Assembly: GCA_963834385.1 (NCBI GenBank)
Contig: CAWIBO010000002.1
Span: forward strand, 1,216,001-1,280,000
Direction: 5' to 3'
DNA: 64,000 nt
DNA from: an uncultured Verrucomicrobiae bacterium
Lineage (GTDB): Bacteria > Verrucomicrobiota > Verrucomicrobiia > Chthoniobacterales > UBA10450
The first letter of the stretch is position 1. Each line of letters opens with the position of its first letter. Under the pieces are notes generated by a model, which saw only the letters and a list, made by a program, of their open reading frames with translations, was not told the origin of the DNA and made no database searches. The translations under genes were made by a program, and so were the position numbers. Below, in pieces: positions 40,085 through 50,518 of this stretch.

Positions 40085-41503
40085 CTAGCCCGGGATGCCC
40101 TTGAGCATCTCGAAGTTGGTCGGGAACTTCTTCACGAACATCAGGAGCCGCTCGATGGCTTCGTTGGGCTTGTGCCCGGCCAGGCCGCGCCGGATGAGAT
40201 TGATCTTCTCCAGTTCCCAGTCCTGCAGGAGCAGCTCCTCGCGGCGGGTGCCGGAAAGGAAAATATCGACGGCCGGGTAAACGCGCGCATCGCTGATCTT
40301 GCGATCGAGCACGAGCTCCATGTTACCGGTCCCCTTGAATTCCTGGAAGATCAGCTCGTCCATGCGGCTCCCGGTCTCGATGAGGGCGGTGGCCACGATG
40401 GTGAGGGAACCGGCCTCCTCGGTGTTGCGCGCCGCGGCGAAAATCTTGCGGGGAATTTCCATGGCGCGAGCGTCGATGCCGCCGCTCATGGTGCGTCCGC
40501 CGCCGCCGGTGGCGTTGTTAAAGGCGCGGGCGGTGCGGGTGATCGAGTCGAGCAGGATGAAGACATGTTTGCCCGCCTCCACCATGCGCTTGGCCCGCTC
40601 GACCGCGAGCTGCGCGATGCGGGTGTGGCTCTTGATGTCGCTGTCGTTCGAGCTGGCCATGATCTCCGCGTCCGGGCAGGAACGGCGGAAATCGGTCACC
40701 TCTTCCGGGCGCTCGTCCACCAGGAGGATGATGAGTTTCATTTCCGGGTGATTTTTCACCACGGCGTCGGCGATGTGATGCAGGAGCGTGGTCTTGCCGG
40801 TGCGAGGCGGGGCCACGATCAGGCCGCGCTGGCCCATGCCGAGCGGGGTCATCAGGTCCATGATGCGAGTGGTGAAGCGATCGGGCACCGTCTCCAGCTT
40901 GATCCGCTTGTTCGGGTTGATCGTGGTCAGTTCCTCGAACGGGCGCAGGCCCTGGTAGGTGGTCGGTTCGTCCCCGTTGATTTTGAGCAGTTTGGTTAAC
41001 TGCGGACCGCGGTTGCCCCGGCGGGTTTCGCCATGGATCCACATGCCGTCGCGCAGGTTAAAGCGGCGCACGATCTCGGGCGTCACGAAAATGTCCTGCG
41101 GGGTCTGGACGAAGTTACGCTTGGAATCGCGGAGGAAGCCAAAGCCTTTGCCTGAGATCTCGATGATGCCGTCGCCGAACTCCGGTTCGCGGGGCGGCTG
41201 GTCGCCGTTCTGCGGCTCATCCTCAAAATTCTCGTAGTCGCCCTCGGCCGGCGCCTGGTCTTCGCTCCAAGATTCGCCGCCGCCTCCGCCACCACCGCCG
41301 GAACCAAAGCTGCCGCCGCCACCACCGCCACCGTTGCCGCGGTTGAAATTGCGGCGCGGACCGCGCCGACGGGGACGCCGCTGGCGTCGGGGAGGCGCAT
41401 CGCCGGAACGCTGGGGCGTCTCCTCCGTGCGGGGGGCTTCACCTGATGACTGCGGCGGGGCCGCTGTTTCCAGCGGACGCTGGTTCTCGTTGTCTTCGCT
41501 CAT
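40085..41503 (-). CDS. rho: Transcription termination factor Rho with disordered N-terminus
   Basis: GFGFLR, GQRGLIVAPPRTGKTT, DERPEEVTD, LDSITR, EFKGTGNMEL, SGTRREELL. Confidence 0.96.
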   Translation of the reverse strand: MSEDNENQRPLETAAPPQSSGEAPRTEETPQRSGDAPPRRQRRPRRRGPRRNFNRGNGGGGGGGSFGSGGGGGGGGESWSEDQAPAEGDYENFEDEPQNGDQPPREPEFGDGIIEISGKGFGFLRDSKRNFVQTPQDIFVTPEIVRRFNLRDGMWIHGETRRGNRGPQLTKLLKINGDEPTTYQGLRPFEELTTINPNKRIKLETVPDRFTTRIMDLMTPLGMGQRGLIVAPPRTGKTTLLHHIADAVVKNHPEMKLIILLVDERPEEVTDFRRSCPDAEIMASSNDSDIKSHTRIAQLAVERAKRMVEAGKHVFILLDSITRTARAFNNATGGGGRTMSGGIDARAMEIPRKIFAAARNTEEAGSLTIVATALIETGSRMDELIFQEFKGTGNMELVLDRKISDARVYPAVDIFLSGTRREELLLQDWELEKINLIRRGLAGHKPNEAIERLLMFVKKFPTNFEMLKGIPG

Positions 41504-41562
41504 ATCAAAATGGGGGTCGGCTCAGTGGGCGCAGGGATTTGCTGCGGAGCCGTTTCTCTTTC

Positions 41563-42318
41563 TCAGGCCGGCAATTTCGCCAGCAATTCGTCGGGGATAT
41601 CTAGGTTGGAATAGACGTTCTGAACGTCGTCGTCCTCTTCGAGGCTGTCGCACAGGCGTAGGACCTGAGTCGCCACCGCCTCGTCGGTGACAGGAACTGT
41701 CGTGTCGGGAATAAAGGTGAACTTTTGCCCCTCGATCGTGACGCCCTCCGTCTTGAGCGCCTCAGCCACAGCATACAGCTGATCGTGGGAAGTCCGGATA
41801 ACATACTGATCTTCGTCGTTTGTCAAATCCTCCGCGCCGGCCTCGATGGCCAGGTCAAAGAGTTTCTCCTCTGGGATTGAGCCTTTTGGGACCGTGATCT
41901 GGCCCTTTTTATGGAACATGTAGGAAACGCTCCCGCTCGCGGCCAGGTTGCCTTCATTTTTGGAAAAGATCCGGCGGAGATCGGCCGCGGTCCGGTTCTT
42001 ATTGTTCGTGGCGGCCTCCACGATCACAGCCACGCCGCCGGGAGCGTAGCCTTCATAGACGATTTCCTCGAAATGCTCGGCTTCGGCGCCCTCGCCGGTG
42101 CCGCGTTTAATCGCCCGGTCGATGTTGTCGTTCGGCATGCTGGCGGCGCGAGCGGCCAGGATGGCGCTGCGCAGGCGGACATTGCCGTTCGGATCACCAC
42201 CGCCGAGCCGGGCCGCAATCGAGATTTCCTTGGCCAGCTTGCTGAAGATGGCGCCGCGTTTGACGTCGCTCGCGCCCTTGGTGCGCTTGATCTTCGACCA
42301 TTTGCTATGCCCGGCCAT
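41563..42318 (-). CDS. yebC: YebC/PmpR family protein
   Basis: MAGHSKWSKIK, YEGYAPGG, DDDVQNVYSN. Confidence 0.95.
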   Translation of the reverse strand: MAGHSKWSKIKRTKGASDVKRGAIFSKLAKEISIAARLGGGDPNGNVRLRSAILAARAASMPNDNIDRAIKRGTGEGAEAEHFEEIVYEGYAPGGVAVIVEAATNNKNRTAADLRRIFSKNEGNLAASGSVSYMFHKKGQITVPKGSIPEEKLFDLAIEAGAEDLTNDEDQYVIRTSHDQLYAVAEALKTEGVTIEGQKFTFIPDTTVPVTDEAVATQVLRLCDSLEEDDDVQNVYSNLDIPDELLAKLPA

Positions 42319-42482
42319 GCGGTTGTCTCGGTAAAAAAATCGCGGAATGCGTGTCCCGAGGTCGGAGGAAAGGTCCGAGCAAGGGGGCGCCTCTGAAGCG
42401 GATCAGAGTGGCAAACCAGCGGCGAGACCTTGCACCCGCCGCGGGCGCGGTGTCAAGCGCCGCCCGGCCGCTCCCCCGTTTT

Positions 42483-42750
42483 GTCATCCTGAGCGAAGCG
42501 AAGGACCCCACAAACGACCAATCAACGATGCCCAAGGCCATCGAGCATGGCGCGTGCAGCGGTCGGTGCGACAATCACGGCGCCCGGACATGGCGCGCTG
42601 TAGCGTCCGCTGTCCTCAGCGGATCCGGGGGATTTTGCGGAAGGAGCAGGATCAGGATTAGGAGCAGGAGCAGGAGGGGATGCGCCGGGGACGGCGCACG
42701 CTACAGCGTCGGTTGACGAATCACGCGTCCGGGATATGGCGCGCTGTAGC
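42483..42750. repeat. Mosaic of REP-like elements, including an inverted GTAG-REP doublet and hexamer tandem
   Basis: GTCATCCTGAGCGAAGCGAAGGACCCC (42483-42509). TGTAGCGTCCGCTGTCCTCAGCGGAT (42599-42624) and inverted TGTAGCGTGCGCCGTCCCCGGCGCAT (42705-42680). About six AGGANN hexamers (42642-42676). Imperfect direct repeats at 42573-42604 and 42719-42750. Confidence 0.7.
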
Positions 42751-42772
42751 TGGGCGGCGGCCCCGCAATGCT

Positions 42773-44581
42773 TCAGGCCGCGATGGTGGCGCGTTTGCGC
42801 GCGGTCGCGTCGAGGATGCGTTTGCGGAGGCGGAGCGATTTGGGGGTCGCTTCGACGAACTCGTCCGGGCCGATGTATTCGATGGCGCGTTCCAGCGTCA
42901 TCTTGATCGGGGCCTCGAGCTGGATGCCTTTGCCGTCGCCCTGGCTGCGCATGTTGGTGAGATGCTTGGCCTTGCAGGGGTTGACCGGGAGATCTTCCGG
43001 GCGGGCGTTCTCACCCACGATCATGCCGGTGTAAACTTCTTCCTGCGGCCCGATGAAGAGCCGGCCGCGCGCCTGGATGTTGTTCAGCGCGTAGGCGGTG
43101 CTGGTGCCCGGTTCCATCGAGACCATGACCCCGCGGTTGCGTCCCTCGATCTCGCCCTTGTGCGGGGCGTACTCGCGGAACAAATGGCTCATGAGGCCTT
43201 CGCCCCGGGTGAGGTTGACGAGGTCGCTCTCGAACCCGATCAGGCCGCGGGTGGGGATGATCGCCTCGACTGAGACGCGGCTGGCGTGGTGATCCATGCT
43301 GACGATCTCCGCCTTGCGCGCGGCGAGCGCCTGCATGACGTCGCCGAGGTTGTCGTTCGGCACTTCCACGTAAAGATTTTCGATCGGCTCGAGCAGGCTG
43401 CCATCCTCGGCCCGGTGGAAGATCACTTCCGGGCGGGAGACCATGACCTCGTAGCCTTCGCGGCGCATCTGCTCGACCAGGATGGCGATCTGCATTTCGC
43501 CGCGCGCGTTCAGCTCGAAAGCGCCGGCCAGCTCGGTGTCGTTCACCTGGAGCGAGACGTTGCCGCGCGTTTCGCGGACGAGGCGCTCGCGCAGGTGCCG
43601 GGCGGTGACGAATTTGCCTTCGCGGCCGGCGAACGGCGAATCATTCACGAGCAGGCGCATCCGGATGGTGGGCGGATCGATATCGACGAACTGGAGCGCG
43701 GTGCGCTCTTCGCGGTCGGTCAGCGTTTCGCCGATGAAAACATCCTCGAACCCGGTCAGGCCGATGATGTCGCCGGCATTGGCATGTTTGACTTCGGTCT
43801 GGCCAAGCCCGGAGAAAGTGTAAAGGGCGGTAACGGCGGCGCGTTCACGGCCACCTTCGCGGTTGATCCGGACAATGGAATCGCCCACGGAAACGCGACC
43901 GGAAACGATGCGACCGAGGGCGATGCGGCCGAGGTAATCGCTGTAATCGAGGTTCGAGACGAGCATCTGGAAGAAAGGCTCGGAAGAGATCTCGGGGGGC
44001 GGCACGTGCTCAATAATGGCCTCGAAGAGCGGGGTCATGTCCTCGCTGTTCTCGTGCACCTCGCGCATGGCGAAACCGTTCTTGGCGCTGGCGTAAATGA
44101 TGGGGAAATCGAGCTGCTCGTCGTTGGCCTTCAGCTCGACGAATAGATCAAAGACCATGTCGAGCACCTTGTGCGGGCGGGCGTTCTCGCGATCGATCTT
44201 GTTGATGACCACGATCGGTTTGACCTTGCTCTCGAGGGCTTTGCGCAGGACGAAACGGGTCTGGGCCTGGGGGCCGTCGTGCGCGTCCACCACCAGAAGG
44301 ACGCCGTCGACCATTTTCATGATCCGCTCGACTTCGCCGCCAAAATCGGCGTGGCCCGGGGTGTCGACGATGTTGACCCGGTAGCCGTTCCATTGGAAAG
44401 CGGCGTTCTTGGCCCGGATGGTGATGCCTTTTTCGCGCTCGAGATCCATCGAGTCCATGACCCGTTCCTCGACCTTCTGGTTGGAACGGAAAGTGCCGGA
44501 CTGGCGCAGCAACTGGTCGACCAGGGTGGTCTTGCCGTGGTCAACGTGCGCAATAATAGCGATGTTACGAATCTTCTCCAT
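42773..44581 (-). CDS. typA: Translational GTPase TypA/BipA
   Basis: [49 protein letters not shown]. Confidence 0.97.
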   Translation of the reverse strand: MEKIRNIAIIAHVDHGKTTLVDQLLRQSGTFRSNQKVEERVMDSMDLEREKGITIRAKNAAFQWNGYRVNIVDTPGHADFGGEVERIMKMVDGVLLVVDAHDGPQAQTRFVLRKALESKVKPIVVINKIDRENARPHKVLDMVFDLFVELKANDEQLDFPIIYASAKNGFAMREVHENSEDMTPLFEAIIEHVPPPEISSEPFFQMLVSNLDYSDYLGRIALGRIVSGRVSVGDSIVRINREGGRERAAVTALYTFSGLGQTEVKHANAGDIIGLTGFEDVFIGETLTDREERTALQFVDIDPPTIRMRLLVNDSPFAGREGKFVTARHLRERLVRETRGNVSLQVNDTELAGAFELNARGEMQIAILVEQMRREGYEVMVSRPEVIFHRAEDGSLLEPIENLYVEVPNDNLGDVMQALAARKAEIVSMDHHASRVSVEAIIPTRGLIGFESDLVNLTRGEGLMSHLFREYAPHKGEIEGRNRGVMVSMEPGTSTAYALNNIQARGRLFIGPQEEVYTGMIVGENARPEDLPVNPCKAKHLTNMRSQGDGKGIQLEAPIKMTLERAIEYIGPDEFVEATPKSLRLRKRILDATARKRATIAA

Positions 44582-44685
44582 GGGGCGTCTCCTCGCGCGA
44601 GGAGCCGCGGAATATGGGCGCGAACCGGCGATTCGTCAACGGAGGCGGCGAAGTTTGCCTCGCGCACACACCGAAAACACAATCA

Positions 44686-44712
44686 GCGCCCCGGCCTTTG
44701 TGACCGGGGCGC
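44686..44712 (-). terminator. Putative terminator hairpin after the small secreted-protein gene
   Basis: GCGCCCCGG/CCGGGGCGC 9-bp stem; the minus strand continues TGATTGTGTTTT. Confidence 0.45.
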
Positions 44713-44729
44713 CGAAAGGAAGAGGCCGT

Positions 44730-45026
44730 TTACCAGCCGGCCCGGAAACCAGCCCTGTGCCCGTAGGCATAGGGATGATGACCGCGATAGCCGCGGCGGG
44801 GATAACTCCGCACATAGCAGCCACGCTGCCAGACACGGCCGTAGCGGCGGTATTCCCAATGGCCGGGGACCCAGACGTAGCGAGAACCGCCACGGTAGTA
44901 GTGCTGGCCATGATAATAGGGGCGATCGCCAATGCTGATGTAGAAACCGCCCGCTTCCGCCTGCGCCGGGATCATTGCGCCTCCGCAGAGAACCGCGGCG
45001 AGAACCAGGATCATTTTCAATTTCAT
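44730..45026 (-). CDS. Small secreted Tyr/Arg/Gly-rich protein with YXWGXW/WXXGXW-type repeat
   Basis: SD AAGGAGG, signal peptide MKLKMILVLAAVLCGGAMIPAQAEA, YVWVPGHW...VWQRGCY. Confidence 0.7.
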   Translation of the reverse strand: MKLKMILVLAAVLCGGAMIPAQAEAGGFYISIGDRPYYHGQHYYRGGSRYVWVPGHWEYRRYGRVWQRGCYVRSYPRRGYRGHHPYAYGHRAGFRAGW

Positions 45027-45097
45027 CTCCGTCTCCTCCTTTCCGGAAGAGTAAGACGACGCCAGCGGAGCAATTATTCGCGCCTTCTCGGGAGATC

Positions 45098-46903
45098 TCA
45101 GGCGCCGGCTTCTTCCAGGACCGGCGGGGCGGGATCGACCCATTTGCCGTGTTCGCGGATCAGGTCTTTCAGGCGCTCGACGGCTTCCGCCTCGGGGATG
45201 TTGAATTTCACGGCGGTTTTCCCGACGTAAAGGTTCACCTTGCCGGGCGCGCCACCGACGTAACCGAAATCGGCGTCCGCCATCTCGCCCGGCCCGTTTA
45301 CGATGCAACCCATGATGGCGATCTTGACGCCCTTGAGGTGAATGGTGGCTTCCTTGATGCGGGCGGTGGTGGTCTGGAGATTGAAAAGCGTGCGGCCGCA
45401 GGAGGGGCAGGCGACATAGTCCGTCTTGAAAATGCGGGAGCCGGCCGCCTGCAGGATGTTGTAGCTGAGACGCAGCGACTGCCCGGGGGCTTCCTCGCCC
45501 TGGACGAGGATGGCGTCGCCGATCCCGTCACAAAGAAGCGATCCGATGTTGGTGGCGGAATTCAGGAGAGTGGCAAGGAAATCGGCCGTGCTGCCGCCGG
45601 ATGGATGGAGGGTGTCCTTGAGCAGGATGGGATGCAGCGGCTGAGCTTTGGCCGCGAGCAGGCGATAGGCCGCAATCACGGGGAGATCGGTGGCATCGCT
45701 GACAGTGATGAAGCGGGGCGAGGCACTGCTGTTCAGACGGGCCACGGCTGCATCGTCGCGCGGATCGAGTTCCACGATCGCGGCCTGCTCGTAGACGATC
45801 TCCGGCTTGTAATCGCCCATGCGCTCGACTTTGTGCGCGATCTTTTCGAAGGAAGTCTGCCTGACCACGACCCGGATCATTTCTTCGCCGCCGAGCGCGA
45901 TCTCGCCCCCGATGCCGGGCACCCGGAGGGTCTGGGAAGCGCGCCGCTGATAGGAGAAAGGATCATAAGCCAGCTCGGGCGGGATGCCATCGAGACGGCA
46001 GGCGGCGTGGTTGCGCCATTTTTGTTCCGCCACTTCCACGAGGGCGCGGGCCACGGGGATCTCATGCACGCTGTCCTCGGTGAGGGAGACGCGCACGGTA
46101 TCGCCGATGCCGTCGGCGAGAAGCGAGCCGATGCCGATCGCACTCTTGATCCGGGCGTCCTCGCCTTCACCGGCCTCGGTGACGCCGAGGTGGATCGGAT
46201 AATTCCAGTCCGGTCCCTCCTCCCGCAGGCGCGCCACCAGGAGCCGGTAGGCGGCGATCATGACCTTCGGGTTGCTCGATTTCATCGAGAAAACGAAGGC
46301 GTGATAATCGAGGTCGCGCGCGATCCGGGCAAACTCGAGCGCGCTTTCGACCATGCCGAGAGGCGTGTCGCCGTAACGGTTCATGATCCGGTCGGAGAGC
46401 GAGCCATGGTTGGTGCCGATGCGCATGGCGATGCCGCGTTCCCGGCAGAGTTTCACCAGGGGCGTGAAGCGCTCGCGGATGCGGGCCAGCTCGGCGGCAT
46501 ACTGCTCGTCGGTATACTCGATGATCTTGAATTTCTTGGAGTCGGCGTAGTTCCCGGGATTGATCCGGACCTTGTCGACCCACCGGGCGGCCTCGAGCGC
46601 GGCCTCCGGCTTGAAATGGATATCGGCCACGATCGGGACCTCGCAGCCGCGGGCGCGCAGGCCGGCCGCGATGTGCTGGAGGTTGGCCGCGTCCTTCACC
46701 GTGGGCGCGGTGATGCGCACGATCTCGCAGCCGACATCGGCCAGCTCGATCGTCTGGGCGATCGAAGCTTCCGTGTCCATGGTGTCGCAGGTGATCATCG
46801 ACTGGACCCGGACCGGGTTGTCGCCACCGATCCCAACGCCCCCGGCGACGACCTCGCGGGAGGGCCGGCGCTGGTTCAGGAGCGGATGATCGCAGTACTT
46901 CAC
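45098..46903 (-). CDS. ispG: HMBPP synthase, long three-domain type
   Basis: VRVQSM, VADIHF, RINPGN, RIGTNHGSLS, HLGVTEAG, CPSCGRT, MGCIVNGPGE. Promoter TTGCGT-17-TATTCT lies 6 nt upstream. Confidence 0.96.
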   Translation of the reverse strand: MKYCDHPLLNQRRPSREVVAGGVGIGGDNPVRVQSMITCDTMDTEASIAQTIELADVGCEIVRITAPTVKDAANLQHIAAGLRARGCEVPIVADIHFKPEAALEAARWVDKVRINPGNYADSKKFKIIEYTDEQYAAELARIRERFTPLVKLCRERGIAMRIGTNHGSLSDRIMNRYGDTPLGMVESALEFARIARDLDYHAFVFSMKSSNPKVMIAAYRLLVARLREEGPDWNYPIHLGVTEAGEGEDARIKSAIGIGSLLADGIGDTVRVSLTEDSVHEIPVARALVEVAEQKWRNHAACRLDGIPPELAYDPFSYQRRASQTLRVPGIGGEIALGGEEMIRVVVRQTSFEKIAHKVERMGDYKPEIVYEQAAIVELDPRDDAAVARLNSSASPRFITVSDATDLPVIAAYRLLAAKAQPLHPILLKDTLHPSGGSTADFLATLLNSATNIGSLLCDGIGDAILVQGEEAPGQSLRLSYNILQAAGSRIFKTDYVACPSCGRTLFNLQTTTARIKEATIHLKGVKIAIMGCIVNGPGEMADADFGYVGGAPGKVNLYVGKTAVKFNIPEAEAVERLKDLIREHGKWVDPAPPVLEEAGA

Positions 46904-46943
46904 GCCGCGAGAATACCGGCGGGCCTCCCTGAACGCAATCGGC

Positions 46944-48347
46944 TCAGGGCTCGGCCGATTCGGCCTGGGGATCGAGCTTGTCCAGCCGTCTCCGGATGAA
47001 AGGCAGATCCTGCGCGTCGTAGAAGGTCACGTAGAGCATGTAACCGATGATGAGCATGGCGCAGGCGGTCTGGATCACCTCGAGGACGCGGATATTGACC
47101 GGCTTGCGGCGGATCCCCTCGATGATGGCGAGGACGATATGCCCGCCATCGAGCACGGGAATCGGAAGCATGTTCAGGATGGCGAGGTTGACGTTGAGGA
47201 TCACGCTGAACCAAAGAGCGAGCTGCCAGCCCCGCTCGTTTTCGAACAGCAGATAGTAGATTCGGCCGATGCCGACCGGCCCGCTCAGGTGTTGCAAGCG
47301 GACATCGGACTTGGGCGAAGCCACCGCGCCGATGGTGTTGAGGGTGCTCTCGATGCTGTTGTAAACCTGCTCGATCGGGCCGGGATGAGCGACCGAGTTG
47401 CGGCCGGCGTCCCATTGGATGCCGATGCGCGGTCGTTTCTCCTCGCCGATGATCTTCGGGGCGACCGCCACGGTGCGGGTGGCGCCGTCGCGGGTCACGG
47501 TCAGGTCAAGGGGCCGGGCCGGGTTCTCCTCGATCTCCGCGGCGACGGCGATCGGATGGTGAATCACCTCGCCGTTCACCTGCGTGACCACGTCGCCCGG
47601 CTGGAGCCCCGCCTCTTCCGCGGGCGTGCCCGGCTGGACCAGATCAATGCGCGCCGTCTGCGCCGGCAGGATCATGACCTGCCGAACGCTCTTGCGTCGC
47701 CAGCCGCGGGTCTCCGCCTTTTGCGGCTCGGCCGAGAGGTTCAGGGTCTCCGCGCCGCGCTGGATCTTGAAAGGGATGGAATCGCCTTCGCTGCGGACGA
47801 CGTTCCAGATCACGCTGTCGTTCATCCCGGAAAAGCGGGTGACGGCCTCGCCGTCGACCTCGAGGATCTTGTCGCCGGCACGGAGCCCGGCGCGGGCCGC
47901 GGGCGAATCCTCCTCGACGTAACCGATGGTGGTGGTGAGGTCCGATTCGTTCACCGGATAACCGACCACCCAGACGATGCAGGCAAAGGCGAGGGCGAGA
48001 AGGAGACTGAAGAGCGGGCCGGCGACCGCGACGATGATCTTGTCGATCGCCGAGGCTTTCGGGAGGGTGGCGCGATCGACGTCGGTCTTGCCCTCGATGA
48101 TATCCATGGGGGCAAGCTGCGGGACGGAAACGAAGCCGCCGAAGGGGATCGACCCGAGGGAGTATTGCACCCCGTTGACGGTCTTTTTCCAGAGCGGTTT
48201 GCCGAACCAAACCCCGAACTTGTCCACCACCAGGCCGCGCCAGCGCGCCGCGAGGAAATGCCCCAGCTCATGCACCACGATGAGGAGGTTAAACAACACG
48301 AGCACCTCGACGATGATCGTGATCACCCGAAAAACTTGAGAGACCAT
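46944..48347 (-). CDS. rseP: RIP metalloprotease RseP (two PDZ domains)
   Basis: HELGH, AGP, NMLPIPVLDGG. Confidence 0.93.
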   Translation of the reverse strand: MVSQVFRVITIIVEVLVLFNLLIVVHELGHFLAARWRGLVVDKFGVWFGKPLWKKTVNGVQYSLGSIPFGGFVSVPQLAPMDIIEGKTDVDRATLPKASAIDKIIVAVAGPLFSLLLALAFACIVWVVGYPVNESDLTTTIGYVEEDSPAARAGLRAGDKILEVDGEAVTRFSGMNDSVIWNVVRSEGDSIPFKIQRGAETLNLSAEPQKAETRGWRRKSVRQVMILPAQTARIDLVQPGTPAEEAGLQPGDVVTQVNGEVIHHPIAVAAEIEENPARPLDLTVTRDGATRTVAVAPKIIGEEKRPRIGIQWDAGRNSVAHPGPIEQVYNSIESTLNTIGAVASPKSDVRLQHLSGPVGIGRIYYLLFENERGWQLALWFSVILNVNLAILNMLPIPVLDGGHIVLAIIEGIRRKPVNIRVLEVIQTACAMLIIGYMLYVTFYDAQDLPFIRRRLDKLDPQAESAEP

Positions 48348-48351
48348 GAAA

Positions 48352-49503
48352 TTAAGCCCGAAGCGCGGCGCCGGCACGCGCGCGAGCCCAGCGATCGGCC
48401 CCCAATATGGCATCGAGGTCGGGCTGCGCAATTGTCTCGTGTTCCTTCATCACTTTTTCCACCGTTTGCCAGATCTGCGGGAACGGGATGGCCTGTTCCA
48501 GGAACGCTGAGACCGCCACTTCGTTCGCCGCGTTCAATACGGCCGGGAGGGTCCCTCCGGTCTCCCCCGCCTCCCGGGCCAGGTCGAGCGCCGGGAAATC
48601 GTGAAACCGCGGGGTGGCGAACTCGAGCTGGCGCAGCTTACCAAAGTCGAGCGGCGGCAGGCTGTTGGCGACCCGTTCCGGCCAGGTCACGGCATACTGG
48701 ATCGGGAAACACATGTCCGAATGCGAAAGCTGGGCCAGGACCGAGCCGTCAAAGAACTCGACCATGGAGTGGACAATGCTCTGCGGATGGATCACGACCT
48801 CGACGCGTTTCATTTCCACATCGAAGAGCCAGCGGGCCTCGATCATCTCGAGTCCCTTGTTGAAAAGCGTGGCGGAATCGATCGTGATCTTCGGACCCAT
48901 GTTCCAGGTGGGATGCTTCAGCGCCTGCTCCACCGTGATGGAGGGGAACTGGGCGGCCTCCGTGCCCCGGAAAGGTCCGCCGGAGGCGGTCAGGATGATG
49001 CGGCGGACCGCCTGGTCGTTCCCGGCGAGGCACTGGAAAATCGCGTTGTGTTCGCTGTCGACCGGCAAAACGTGGACCTTTCGGCGTCGCGCCTCGCGCA
49101 TGACGATCTCGCCGGCCATGACGAGGATTTCCTTGCTGGCGACGGCAAGATCCTTGCCGGCCTCGATGGCGGCGAGGGCCGGGCGGAGACCGCCGGTGCC
49201 GACCACCGCCACCAGGACCATCTCGGCCTCGGCCAGGGCCGCGATTTCACAGAGCCCTTCCTCGCCGGCCAGGATGCGTGGTTTATAAGCAAGCTTCGCC
49301 TTCAGCTCGTCGAGCCGTGTTTCGTCCACGAGACAGACGGCCGGCGGCCGGACGGCGTTGGCCTGCTCGGCCAGCTTGGCGGCGCTGCTGCGCGCGGCCA
49401 GACCCACGATCTCCATCCGCTCGGGGATGTCGCGCGCGACCTTGAGCGCACTTTCGCCAATGGAACCGGTCGCGCCGAGCACGACAACTTTCTTGGGCGT
49501 CAT
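48352..49503 (-). CDS. dxr: DXP reductoisomerase
   Basis: LGATGSIG, LPVDSEH, TASGGPF, HPTWNMG, NKGLE, NAANE. Confidence 0.97.
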   Translation of the reverse strand: MTPKKVVVLGATGSIGESALKVARDIPERMEIVGLAARSSAAKLAEQANAVRPPAVCLVDETRLDELKAKLAYKPRILAGEEGLCEIAALAEAEMVLVAVVGTGGLRPALAAIEAGKDLAVASKEILVMAGEIVMREARRRKVHVLPVDSEHNAIFQCLAGNDQAVRRIILTASGGPFRGTEAAQFPSITVEQALKHPTWNMGPKITIDSATLFNKGLEMIEARWLFDVEMKRVEVVIHPQSIVHSMVEFFDGSVLAQLSHSDMCFPIQYAVTWPERVANSLPPLDFGKLRQLEFATPRFHDFPALDLAREAGETGGTLPAVLNAANEVAVSAFLEQAIPFPQIWQTVEKVMKEHETIAQPDLDAILGADRWARARAGAALRA

Positions 49504-49512
49504 GGCGTGGTC

Positions 49513-50427
49513 CTACGGAAGGGGGATGACGAAGCGGAGATAGAAAAAGAGGAGGGGCGCGGTGAAAAGAAGGCTGTCGACCAGGTCAAGGGCGCCGCCG
49601 ATGCCCGGGAGCATGTTGCCCGAATCCTTTACCCCGGTGCTGCGCTTGATGATCGATTCGGCCAGGTCGCCGATGACCGCGGCAAAGCCGAGGATGGGTC
49701 CCAGGATGGCGGCATGCGTCCAGGTCAGGATGCCGAGCCGCTCGGGCATGAGCCAGAACATGCCCACGCTGGCGAGGAGCGAGAAGGCGAGGGCGCCGAA
49801 GAATCCCTCCCAGGTTTTCTTGGGACTGATGTGCGGGATCAGTTTGTGGCGGCCGATGAGGCTTCCGGTCAGATACGCGCCCATGTCGCTGAACTTGGTG
49901 ATGGCGATCAGGTAAAGAACGTAGAACTGGCCGGTGACCTCGCCGTCCGGTCCGCGCGGGACAACGTAGACGATCTTGGTGATGAAGTTGTAGAGCCAGA
50001 CGACATATAGAAGGCCAAAGAGGGTGTAGGCCATGGTGCGGAGCGGGGCGTCGTCCCGCAGCAGGTCAAACATCTGGCGCCCGAAGACGGTGAGGAGGAA
50101 AAAGAGCAGGACACCGATTTCAAAGTCATAGGCATGGCTGAGCCCGATGCGGGAAAAGAAATAGAAACTTCCCGCCAGCATGACGGCCCCGCAGATCATC
50201 CCCGTGATCTTGAAATTCGGGAGTCCCCGCGCGTCGAGCATGGTGTAAAACTCCCAGAGCGCGATCAGCCCGAGGGTGGAGAGGAGGGCAAAGAAGGCAA
50301 TTTCGTAGCCGCTGAAAATGATGCCGAGCGCGACCGACCAGAGGATGATCGTGCTGCCGAAACGCAGGAGAAAGGTGAGCCGCGCGGTAACCGTCTTTGG
50401 CTCAGATTGTTCGACCCCGGCGGACAT
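49513..50427 (-). CDS. cdsA: Phosphatidate cytidylyltransferase
   Basis: [38 protein letters not shown]. Confidence 0.92.
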   Translation of the reverse strand: MSAGVEQSEPKTVTARLTFLLRFGSTIILWSVALGIIFSGYEIAFFALLSTLGLIALWEFYTMLDARGLPNFKITGMICGAVMLAGSFYFFSRIGLSHAYDFEIGVLLFFLLTVFGRQMFDLLRDDAPLRTMAYTLFGLLYVVWLYNFITKIVYVVPRGPDGEVTGQFYVLYLIAITKFSDMGAYLTGSLIGRHKLIPHISPKKTWEGFFGALAFSLLASVGMFWLMPERLGILTWTHAAILGPILGFAAVIGDLAESIIKRSTGVKDSGNMLPGIGGALDLVDSLLFTAPLLFFYLRFVIPLP

Positions 50428-50518
50428 GTGTCGTCCACGATGCGACGCACCGGCCCAAACGCAAGTGGAGGGCGGCGGCGGAGTTTGCGCTTCCGCGACA
50501 CCTGCTACCTTCTCTGCC

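Noticed and set aside
41563..41920. More AT-rich codon usage in the 3' half of yebC
   Set aside because: Judged by eye only, and the protein is normal. Insufficient evidence for a recombined patch.
42305..42716. ORFs in the yebC-typA intergenic region (and 51468-51931)
   Set aside because: Translations of repeat elements with no coding features.
42557..42750. Possible CRISPR array from the ~32-bp direct repeats
   Set aside because: Only two degenerate copies about 146 bp apart, no regular spacers and no cas genes. Better explained as REP-type elements.
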